Shown: one piece after another, positions 33,001 through 42,255 of the stretch
Layout: every line of letters begins with the position of its first letter
Position numbering within the stretch: the first letter of the stretch is position 1
Source: Hydrurus foetidus
Taxonomy: Eukaryota
DNA: 53,455 nt
Reading direction: 5' to 3'
NCBI GenBank assembly: GCA_900617105.1
Contig: UYFQ01000156.1
Coordinates: 1-53,455 of the forward strand
Notes under the pieces: model-generated
Seen by the model: only the letters and a program-made list of their open reading frames with translations
Told to the model about the DNA's origin: nothing
Database searches by the model: none
Position numbers and translations under genes: made by a program

Positions 33001-33787
33001 TTGTGTACCTGCGAGGTTGTATAACTAACTAACTACGTGTAGATATGATGAGCTACATTGCAAATATTGTTTGTACATATGTGGAGTATACGATACAAGC
33101 TCTTAATCATACTTAACATGATCGGTAGAAGTTATTTACAACATATACACCATATTACGACTTAAATAGGAGTTTTGTGTACCTGCGAGGTTGTATAACT
33201 AACTAACTACGTGTAGATATGATGAGCTACATTGCAAATATTGTTTGTACATATGTGGAGTATACGATACAAGCTCTTAATCATACTTAACATGATCGGT
33301 AGAAGTTATTTACAACATATACACCATATTACGACTTAAATAGGAGTTTTGTGTACCTGCGAGGTTGTATAACTAACTAACTACGTGTAGATATGATGAG
33401 CTACATTGCAAATATTGTTTGTACATATGTGGAGTATACGATACAAGCTCTTAATCATACTTAACATGATCGGTAGAAGTTATTTACAACATATACACCA
33501 TATTACGACTTAAATAGGAGTTTTGTGTACCTGCGAGGTTGTATAACTAACTAACTACGTGTAGATATGATGAGCTACATTGCAAATATTGTTTGTACAT
33601 ATGTGGAGTATACGATACAAGCTCTTAATCATACTTAACATGATCGGTAGAAGTTATTTACAACATATACACCATATTACGACTTAAATAGGAGTTTTGT
33701 GTACCTGCGAGGTTGTATAACTAACTAACTACGTGTAGATATGATGAGCTACATTGCAAATATTGTTTGTACATATGTGGAGTATAC
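1..33787. repeat. 174-bp tandem satellite array, 194 full monomers + 28-bp partial, open at the left window edge
   Basis: Monomer ATATTGTTTGTACATATGTGGAGTATACG...GATGAGCTACATTGCAA recurs every 174 bp (57/174 GC). The only variants I could see are a G>T at position 23 and a rearranged junction at ~3480-3503 (net +3 bp). The last monomer starts at 33760 and the array ends at GGAGTATAC|TTATTTGC. TAACTAACTAAC puts stops in all three + frames. Confidence 0.99.
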
Positions 33788-33898
33788 TTATTTGCTTGCT
33801 GGCAATTTCTAAATCATTTGTAGTTTCACATTTTTTTATTTGTAGCATCCCATTTGTTTTGCCTGAAAATAAAATTGTCACTCGGGGGAAAATGATAT

Positions 33899-34729
33899 TT
33901 AATTTGCAATAAAAACATTTCGGGTTACAGGGAATTTATCACAAGATGCAGATATAAACAAGCGTCTATTTTTGTCTGTATACCCTGCACCAGCATGTAA
34001 CATGTCTCCTCTAAAAATCAGCATAGAATGAAGTGGAATATCAATTGACTCACGAAGCCGACCAACAATAAGACGGGTGTTCTCTTCTAAACTAACGATG
34101 GCAGAGTAATGGAATTCCGACAAATTTGGGACTGGCTTCTTTTCTTTATCAAAGTCTTGGTGTAAAGGTTGTTGAGGATCGCCTGGAAATGACGTAAGCA
34201 ACTTGACAACAATGTGCACACATTTACTGAAAACAATTTTTAGGGCACTCAAGACATCAGATAAGATATCCTCCGGAATTCTCACAGCCTGCATGAATCG
34301 TTTCCATGGACGCTTGCTCTGATGAAAGTTAATTGGCTCACGTTTTCCTATAAGCTTAATCTCTGATGCCTTCAGTAAACTTGAGACAACGTTGGGAACA
34401 ATGACGTACTCTTGGTGACTTTTAATCTTATCAATTAGTGCGCAGATTCTCAGAACATTTCCATTCTCGATTCCGATAATTTCATGCTTCCTCTTCATTC
34501 TTGACTTCCTCATACTCAATCTTGAAATCTCCGTCGTGGCAGCCTTTTCGGCGGTGGGGTCTTTGGACGATAGAGCTTTCTTTTTTGCCAGCGCTTTTTT
34601 ACTCTTCTTGAAGGCTAAATTGAGGTGATAACTGCATTTAGCACGGTAGCTGTCGTTGCCTGATTTTGAACAGACATTTGGACAGGACTTAACACCATAT
34701 TTGAAAGTGCAAGTTTTTTCGACTACCAT
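33899..34729 (-). CDS. 2OG-Fe(II) dioxygenase (PhyH-like double-stranded beta-helix) with an N-terminal Cys/His cluster and basic region, 276 aa
   Basis: HxD (LHQDF), distal His (DMLHAGAGY) and an Arg strand (NRRLF) occur in the order expected for 2OG oxygenases. The N-terminus has C-x8-C-x3-C...C-x2-H and K/R-rich stretches (KKSKKALAKKK, RKSRMKRK). Confidence 0.75.
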   Translation of the reverse strand: MVVEKTCTFKYGVKSCPNVCSKSGNDSYRAKCSYHLNLAFKKSKKALAKKKALSSKDPTAEKAATTEISRLSMRKSRMKRKHEIIGIENGNVLRICALIDKIKSHQEYVIVPNVVSSLLKASEIKLIGKREPINFHQSKRPWKRFMQAVRIPEDILSDVLSALKIVFSKCVHIVVKLLTSFPGDPQQPLHQDFDKEKKPVPNLSEFHYSAIVSLEENTRLIVGRLRESIDIPLHSMLIFRGDMLHAGAGYTDKNRRLFISASCDKFPVTRNVFIAN

Positions 34730-35104
34730 GCTGAAAAATTGTGCCAGTCCGTAAGGAAACGTTTCGTTTTTCAGGGCTATAAATTCCGTACTATAAACAG
34801 GTTCGGTTGCATCATTTTTTGACGTCTAAAATTGTAAGTTCATGATGAAAAACTTTAAGATATTACTCAAAATTTTGCCATGTAATAGAACACCCCTTCT
34901 TCTAACATAATTAAATTATTTCAATTTTTTGGAACATTAGCTTTTGGCAATGATCTGATATAATGACCTAAAAAAATGGTAGACTGGTGCTGGTGAAACC
35001 TTTTAAAGACTAAAATGTTATGTCATTGCGCTTATCTGTCACATTATTGTCATCATCTCATCACGACAAAATCCAGTAAGTCAATTCAGACCGACAAAAC
35101 AAAT

Positions 35105-37667
35105 ATGGCCCCAAAAGTTGTGAAATCAAAGCCAATCACCAGCTTCTTTTTGAAGCCGTCGGCGAACCTTCCCCGGGTGGAAAGCAGAAAAGATGTGGAT
35201 GATACTATAGAGGATGAGAGGCGCTTCACCTCTTTGGTGGCTCAGGTTTTAGAAAGTTCATCAAGCTCTACTGGTATTTCCGTGCCATCGAAAAAAAGGA
35301 GGCTTGACTTAGATGTTCCTGAATTCGGAGTGGCACCCATACAAGTAAAGAAGTCTACCAAAGTTGGGAACTTCACGTTGACTTCAATTGAGGACACTTT
35401 GTTACCTGTGCTCTCCGTACGTGCTCGAGATCGATCACAGAAGCTACTCTCTAGTGCTAAGAATCGCAACTCTGCGAAAGAGATCAACATAGAAGAGATG
35501 TCAAGTACTGTAGTAGAAACATCTACTGAACTCGAACCAGCTGTCAATATCTACTCAGGATCAGTGATTGAAGATGATTTCGTTCAAGTGACGAGTAATA
35601 AGAAAGGAACAAAAACTGAGACAGGAAGTAAGCGAGAAATATACTTACGCATAGCTGAGAGCGATTCTAACGAAGGGGACAAGAGTTTGGCCCAGAAAGT
35701 TGTGGATGGAGTCCTGAGACTTTGGTGTAATGTGTGCCATGCGCTATTACATGCAAATAAAGCGCACACTCAGTGCCATCTAAAGTCAGTTTGTCATCTA
35801 AAGGGGGCCCTCGCACTAAAAGGGGAGCTGGACGAGAATAAATCTATGTCAAAGGCTTTAGAGTTGTGGAGGAAGAACTCACCTGACTTGGAGGGGAAAA
35901 CTCTAGGCAGTCATACAGATCTTTTCCGATTAGAGACTGTCCGCGTCTTCATGAAATGTGGACTACCTCTATCAAAGATTGATGGATTACGGGAATACTT
36001 ACAGAAGTATGCCAAACTACAGCTCACTGACGAGTCCCACATGCGTACGTACGTTACTTTGGTTAGAGACATCGAGTTAGATAGGATCAAGATGAGTTTT
36101 GAAAACTCAAATTATTTTGCAATTATTTTTGATGGCTCGTCCAGAGTTGATGAAGTGTTAGCAGTTATAGCACGTTATGTAACTAAAGGCAACAATATTT
36201 GCTTGATTACTGTCACTTATCAGTTAACTTCAATTATTTCTAAATTTGTAACAATTTCTCGGTGTAGATTTTAAAATAATCCAAGATCTTATTCATTTGG
36301 GAAAGTATGAGTCGTGTAAAACAAATGAGCAGATTATGAATGCAATTAATAAAGCTTTACAAAGGTAAAGATGGCTAAATGAAAATAGTCAAAACTTTTA
36401 ACAATACATTAATGTGCAATTTTCGTCTTTTAATCACAGATATGACATGTCTTACGGTGAAGTAAGGAGAGGTGTCATTACTCCTAGTGCTATTGTAGCT
36501 TTTCAGAAGGACAGGGCATCTGCTAATGAGGTGTCCATGACAGGGCTACAGGAGCTTTATAAAGCTTCAAAGAATCTTCACTGTCTGGCACACACTCTCA
36601 CTCACGTCGGTGATCACATGCCAGCCTTATCTGTGAAAAGGTTCATGGAGGATTTGTGCGCACTCTGCAATAGTCATGGTGGCAATAACAAAGCAGCATC
36701 TCACTGGCGCAAGATTTTCAAGTCGTGTTGGCAACCCCCAGGTAATACACGCTGGTGGGCTAAATTGGACCTGTACAAGAAGATGATTGTCGGTTTCGAG
36801 GATCTTGTCCTTTTTTGCATGACCGCTGAAGAAGATGGCGACATCGAGAGAAGTGTAAGAATGAGGAGATTAGCAGATGTGATGGGATCACATAAGCAGA
36901 GAGGTCTGCTCCGATTTCAACTTGCCGTAGTCACGATCGCTGGCGGACATCTGTACTCTGCAACGTACAACCTGGAGGGAGATAATTGCTGTTCCCTCAT
37001 GGCTTATGACACCATCAAAGACTGTGAAAACTGGCTCACTGACCATTACGACTACCTCACGTATCCAGGTCTAAAGCAAGAAATGAATGACTGCGTAAGT
37101 ACGCTTTTGAACGGATGCGAGACATTTGAGGAGCTTACAGGGGATGCACTTTTTAAGGATCTTGAAGTGCAGGCGAAGACAATTTTGAAAGGTGCTATCG
37201 ATTACTACCATGGCACTATCATGGGCAAGTTGGCCTCAGATATTGAGTTGTATAAGACATGCAGATATGCAAACCCAGTGACAATGAGACAATCTATAGG
37301 GAGGCCTGATACTTTGCTTCAATTCAAGAGAGCAGCTGAAGAATTAAACTTTTTCACTGTCTCTGACGTGGAAGAGATGGGAGGGGAGTGGTATTTATAT
37401 AAGCGGTTGGTGAACGAATTTGAAGTATTGCCATCAGAGAATATTTTCGCTACCCAAATGGAAAGATGCACTAATTTTTGGAGCCTTTACCACGAGCTAC
37501 TACCTAACTTAGCTAACTTTACTCGATACTGCATGACAATGACACCGTCTTCAGCATCAGCTGAAAGGGTGTTTTCTATGTTGAAGAATTCATTCACAAT
37601 TGGTCAGATGAGACAATCTTTGGAAGATTATACTGAAGGTTCTGTGATGTTGCAGTATAACAAATAA
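35105..37667 (+). CDS. hAT-family DDE transposase, 3 exons (35105-36188, 36268-36364, 36440-37667), ~802 aa
   Basis: C2H2 finger WCNVC...CHLKSVCH (CGGBP1/BED-like), IIFDGSS (D1), QKDRASAN (D2), CLAH (CxxH), NTRW, and PSSASAERVFS (E, hATC dimerisation). Splicing a GC-AG intron (36189-36267) and a GT-AG intron (36365-36439) gives an open 2409-nt frame reading RYVTK/DFKIIQDLIHLG...ALQR/YDMSY. The ATG at 35105 is preferred over 35015 by inference. Confidence 0.9.
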
Positions 37668-37758
37668 AATGCCTTTCTCACTGTATATTTCTCGCGATAA
37701 TTAAATCAGTTTTGCCTCTCAGAACACCGTTAGAAGAGCTTTAAAAAGCATTTTTTTG

Positions 37759-37842
37759 AAGGGGGGACACGTCCCCCCTTCTACCCCCCTTTGGGGGAAC
37801 CCTTCCCGTTCCCCCCACACCCCCCTACCCGTACCGTCGCTG
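37759..37842 (-). mobile_element. Probable right terminus and subterminal region of the hAT element (reads 5'-CAGCGACGGTACGGGTAGGGGGG from the outside)
   Basis: CAG-starting end typical of hAT TIRs, 175 bp after the transposase stop. It contains a G/C-run subterminal region with the hairpin GGGGGGACACGTCCCCCC. The next 8 bp (ACAGACAT) would be the TSD. The partner TIR was not found in the window. Confidence 0.6.
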
Positions 37843-38198
37843 ACAGACATCTCAGGCAGGATTTGAAAAAATGGTAGGTAGGATTCGCCTGAGCCTAATG
37901 TCCGGTTGCATAGTGAAAAGAAGTCGCAACAGTCCACCGCAATCGAATCCTTGAGCTTATGCGACCAAGGGGGTATATAAAGACAGGGGGCACAAGTGTT
38001 GTGATATGACGACTTTTCGCTGTAACCGGTCCCAGAGCGGGGACCGAAAACAAAGAGATATCGTTTTTGAGTAGCTCTCGTCGAGATAAGTACGGTAATG
38101 GTACTATTATATAGTTGCTTCGTATTATTTAGAGCAGGGGAGCGGTTTTAAAAAGACGGAAATTTTCTGATGGAAAAAAACGGGGAATAAAAATTATG

Positions 38199-38274
38199 GG
38201 GACCGTTTACAGGAAGCATGGGACCGTTTTCAGAAAGCATGGGACCGTTTACAGAAAGCATGGGACCGTTTACA
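38199..38274 (+). repeat. Subterminal 21-bp tandem repeat (~3.6 copies) of the Sola element containing the TIR core motif
   Basis: Units of GGGACCGTTTACAGAAAGCAT; a related GGGACCGGTTACAG motif recurs near the other end (~40538, ~40562) and in the TIR. Confidence 0.85.
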
Positions 38275-38751
38275 TGTAAATAGCACTTTTGAGTAGATCT
38301 CATCATAATGATGCGTGTAATGGTACTTTAAAGTATTGCACTCGTGATATTCGTTGCGAAAAACGGTTTCTTAGACTTTTAGGACCTATTGATGTGGTCG
38401 GGGATCGAATACAGAAAGAAGGTCTCAATATCCGTCTAAAACACCGTTATGGTACAGCCAAATGTTAAACAACTATCAAACAAGATATGAAACTGCTATA
38501 TATATGTATTATGATCATGGTTATGAAGTGGGGTCGATGAACTCGATGTATTACAAAAGTTATTAACTTTATAAAGTCATTATACATCGAGTTTATGTGT
38601 GTAGGTAAGAGTTAATGGAAATAAGTGTAAAACATATAATAATAATCGTATTATTATGACCAGTAGCTGTTTTTGGTACCATTTTGTATGATTTATCGAA
38701 TGAATGATGTGCCATGGAACAGTTCGATGAGTGCAAAATGATATTACTGAT

Positions 38752-40398
38752 TTAAAACAACTGCAGTAAACAACTGATCATTTCATCTGGTAAATACAAA
38801 TCATTTGTTCCAAAACTTTTCTTTATATGACTAACTGCCCTATCAGGCATCATGTGACTATGACCCGATATCAAATAGTGACAGATAACTCTTTTATATA
38901 ATGTCATAGATAATAGTGACATGAACATCAAGACGGCCTGAATTGAATTGCATAAAATGGGATATATTATATCAGAGGATTTTTTTAAATGTATCATGGA
39001 CAATGAATTAAAATAAGCATTAAACTTCAATTTTAAAAGTACCTGGGATTTATTTTGACCCACGCAATTATCCATAATGATGTATAACGTGTCTGGAAAA
39101 TCAGACAACATCCCACTATCCCGACTTGTGATGTATAATCGAAAATGATATAACCAACGCAGGGAGCATAATGCATCGCAACCTTTACCCATAGCACGCT
39201 CATCATAAAGAAACACTTTGTTGTAGCCAGTTGTTAGGTCAGAAATGATAAAATTCATGATTGATAAATTGGAAACATAATAGTCCCTTCCAGGACGAAG
39301 CCTCCCGTAGTGTGGTAATGTAAGATTACCACCAAAATCTTCACATTGCAATCGCACTTTTGAGGAATGAGTGGTTTGTTCAAGTGACATCTTCCGAAAT
39401 TCATCTTCAAGAAAGTCGGGCAGAGAATCCACGGCATCATCAAAAAGAGCTGATTCAGTTGGATTAATATCTGGATTATGCTCATTTTTCCCCCACAACT
39501 TGATAGCCTCCTTTAAGGCAATCCTCTGAGTCCTAGCATCATTTGCGTGGAGTCGTTGTGACTCTAGAATCATAGCTCTTTCTTCATCGCCAATATTGGC
39601 ATCCTGCGCTGCTACTGACAGACGTAAACACGTATCGCAACAGTCCTCTTTCGCTCGCACAATTGCAACATTCACATGATGAGATCTCATGTACTTCATG
39701 AAAGTGGGGTATGGGAGAATCCTCTTATCCCCAATCCTATCCTTCGTGTACTTCTGATGAAGGCTGAATTATCAATAATCGTTGATAAGGTTAGAATCAA
39801 AAGTGGAAGATTTCTTTCAGACTTAAATTAATCGTACCTGGAGAAATTATCAATGCCCACTTCTGATACGTATTTCTTCATTCTCCTATGAGAACACGGG
39901 TAACCGTTCTCAACGGTAAGTGAATCCACAAAGTCTTTTAGATTGTCGAGATCATGGGCAGTGATCTGAATTGAATAGGACAAGGTTACAACGAGGCTTC
40001 AGATGAACGAAATCTGTAGATCTACAATGCACCTGATTTCCATTCAGATGCACGTGATCTGTTCGTTTTGATTTTCCATCTCGGTTGCGTTTGATGCGAC
40101 CTATTCCAATTTTGAGGACGGAGGCAATGGCACGCTTCGAAACTTTGTAGGTCAGAAGCAGATTTGAGATGAGTCCGTCGGCCATCATTTTTTGGTTTTT
40201 ATCTCCTTTGTTGAACCTATTAAATAGATCTATAGTGTCTTGGGCCTGCTCTGGCCCGCCCAAACATTTCTGAAACTCAATCATGGGATCGTCATCTAGC
40301 AGAAGTCGTGGGTTGTCGTGATTGTTGATCAATCTCCCCTTGTCCCCTTTATGTACCTTCAGACGCGTGTCTTCAAGTGGTGACGTTTTGGACAACAT
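38752..40398 (-). CDS. Sola-type DDD transposase, 4 exons (40398-40033, 39965-39838, 39763-39043, 38937-38752), ~466 aa, probably C-terminally truncated
   Basis: Motifs DCCDTC, EDFGGNLTLP..YY, YDERAMGKG, DNCVGQNK and GHSHMMPD. GT-AG introns at 40032-39966, 39837-39764 and 39042-38938 join the exons in frame (1401 nt). The frame stops ~27 aa after the last catalytic Asp. Confidence 0.85.
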
Positions 40399-40994
40399 TT
40401 TACGAGAGTTGGTGGGGTGCCGGGTTGAATTATTCTATGCTGACCTCCGGCTTTACTCCCTCAGAATTCAGAATGTATTAACAGCTGAGCTCTACGTCAA
40501 CTCGGTTACAAACACAGGGGACCGCCTAACCATATTAGGGACCGGTTACAGAGATTCAATTGGGACCGGTTACAGCAAGAACATCAAAATACGTTTTATA
40601 CGGTGTTTTTCTGTACTTTTGTGTGATTTTACCTAGTACAACTTACGTTTTCAGAAAAAAGAACTTTCTTCCATGGAGGCGAAAATACTTCTACCTGGGA
40701 CCGGTTACAGCGAAAAGTCGTCATATCCGGATTAGACTAGGATCCTGTACCCTGTGTGATGTATGATTGTTTTCATGCACGGGTGTACGTACATTCAGCG
40801 ATAACATTGACCGCAACCCTCGCACTCATGTTATGCTACCTAGATGTAATCGACAGCATGTCACTGTCGTTTAATCCAACTTACCGAATAGAACGTCTTC
40901 TTCTCTTTTGAGCAAGCGTTGCTAGCAGTCGGAAGTGCAGGGATCGTTTGGGAACTCGGAAGAAATTCCGTGTAAATCGCCCAGATTTCCAACA

Positions 40995-41005
40995 TAAACG
41001 ACAGT
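40995..41005 (+). promoter_or_regulatory. Non-tRNA primer-binding site of Copia-1, complementary to LTR positions 40863-40873
   Basis: TAAACGACAGT immediately follows the LTR-terminal CA and is the exact reverse complement of ACTGTCGTTTA in the LTR. There is no TGG, and no tRNAiMet-half type PBS. Confidence 0.75.
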
Positions 41006-41049
41006 CATCCTTAGATAGATTAGCTAGAAGTTGCAAAAGCTTTGCAAGG

Positions 41050-42255
41050 ATGAGAGGACGAGGCGATGGAAGATTCCAGTCCCGTGGCGGGGGCAGGGGT
41101 CGATATGGTAGAGGGCAAGGAGAGCCTCATAAACCCATATCTAAAGGTAGGAAGCCCGAGGTAGGTGCTTACCTGGATTTGCCGCGAGGACAAGCGGCAG
41201 ATCCAGAATCTGTGTTGAAATGGCTCGAATGTTTTCGAGTATATATGTACAGTACTTATGAATCTACTATCAAAGAAATTATAGGTATCGACGGGATCCT
41301 GTACGACTACGTGGAGCAGGTGGAACCTGAAGATCCGCCGGAGGGAGCAGGCCTTGTCGCGATAGAGAGATGGAAAACAGCACGTAAGAAATACGATGCT
41401 GCTGATGAATTACTTATAAAAGATTGTGCAAAACTATATGGTGTATTATTAGGTCAAATGTCAGAGGCCTCGATCACAAGGGTGAACGAGATGCCTGCTG
41501 GAAAGAGAGCCATGGAGGAGTGTGATCCACTTGGTCTGTTGACATGTGTGGTAGCAACACACATGAACAACAAAAGGTATGGAGAAACCTATAACATAAT
41601 TACAGCAGTTAGAAACTTTTATAACAATAAAATGACTCAACACGAAGATCTAGCAGCTTACTATAGTAGGTGCCGGACGTTGCTATTTGTCAAGAGCGAA
41701 GCCTACAGGTTGGCAGACGAAGAAGCGCCCGAACACACAGATGAGTTCCATGCTGTTTTATTTATAACTGCACTGAATTCAAACTATTCAGAATATATTA
41801 ATACGTTTAAAAATAAGGTTCGCCCATGGCCGCAGACCATGGGTGATGCCAACCAGGACGCGGCCAACTTCCTTATGGGAAGGCCCGTCCACGGAGGAGC
41901 TCCCCCGAACTCGGAGAAGCGAAACGTTTTCGCGGCCAGTCGGGGTGGGAGAGCGGGTTCCGGTGGGAGAGGCGGCAGAGGCCGCGGAGGCAGTCAGGGA
42001 GCTGAGAAGGGAGGGTACGATACCCCCGGCAGCGAGAGTACAGCGAGGGCAGGCACTCCCTATAGGGATAGGGAGGCCACCCCGCAGAGAGAGAGAGGTG
42101 GTGCCGTACAGGAGTACGGTACCCGTTACGGAGCCTGCAACAACTGCGGGGAGGAGGGCCACTATGCGTACGAGTGTAAGAAGCCCCGAGGAAGAACGCA
42201 CCTGCGCGTCACACTTCCTCGGAAAAGTAAGTCCCTTATATGTTTCTTTACCTGA
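41050..42255 (+). CDS. gag: Copia-1 Gag with RGG-rich segments and a CCHC zinc knuckle
   Basis: ATG at 41050 in the 40948 ORF; RGG repeats; LYGVLLGQMSEAS helix; CNNCGEEGHYAYEC knuckle. Confidence 0.88.
   Translation: MRGRGDGRFQSRGGGRGRYGRGQGEPHKPISKGRKPEVGAYLDLPRGQAADPESVLKWLECFRVYMYSTYESTIKEIIGIDGILYDYVEQVEPEDPPEGAGLVAIERWKTARKKYDAADELLIKDCAKLYGVLLGQMSEASITRVNEMPAGKRAMEECDPLGLLTCVVATHMNNKRYGETYNIITAVRNFYNNKMTQHEDLAAYYSRCRTLLFVKSEAYRLADEEAPEHTDEFHAVLFITALNSNYSEYINTFKNKVRPWPQTMGDANQDAANFLMGRPVHGGAPPNSEKRNVFAASRGGRAGSGGRGGRGRGGSQGAEKGGYDTPGSESTARAGTPYRDREATPQRERGGAVQEYGTRYGACNNCGEEGHYAYECKKPRGRTHLRVTLPRKSKSLICFFT

Larger units (their letters stand above)
38008..40722 (-). mobile_element. Sola DNA transposon (Sola1-like), 2715 bp, 28-bp perfect TIRs, ATAT TSD
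   Basis: TIR GACGACTTTTCGCTGTAACCGGTCCCAG at 38008-38035 and its reverse complement at 40695-40722. ATAT is duplicated at 38004-38007 and 40723-40726, matching the AWWT target described for Sola1. Confidence 0.92.
37997..40994 (+). repeat. 5' LTR of Copia-1, interrupted by a Sola element (37997-38007 + 40727-40994)
   Basis: TGTTGTGATAT + CCGGATTAG...CCAACA reconstitutes 279 bp matching the 3' LTR with no difference I could see. Confidence 0.95.

Noticed and set aside
1..33787. CRISPR array or repeat-protein CDS (174 bp = 58 codons)
   Set aside because: No unique spacers and no cas genes; stops in all three + frames in every monomer and no ORF in the track.
33788..33930. Possible extra 3' exon of the dioxygenase via TTTTCAG on the minus strand
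   Set aside because: Adds only a few residues, the catalytic domain is already complete, and there is no support.
34772..34800. CAGGGCTATAAATTCC as the left hAT TIR
   Set aside because: Does not match the CAGCGACGGTAC right end and is not preceded by ACAGACAT.
37851..37893. CTCAGGC/GCCTGAG inverted repeat between the hAT end and the MITE
   Set aside because: Only a 7-bp stem with no TSD or other context.
37719..37937. 72-aa minus-strand ORF
   Set aside because: Crosses the G/C-run transposon end; low complexity with no motif.
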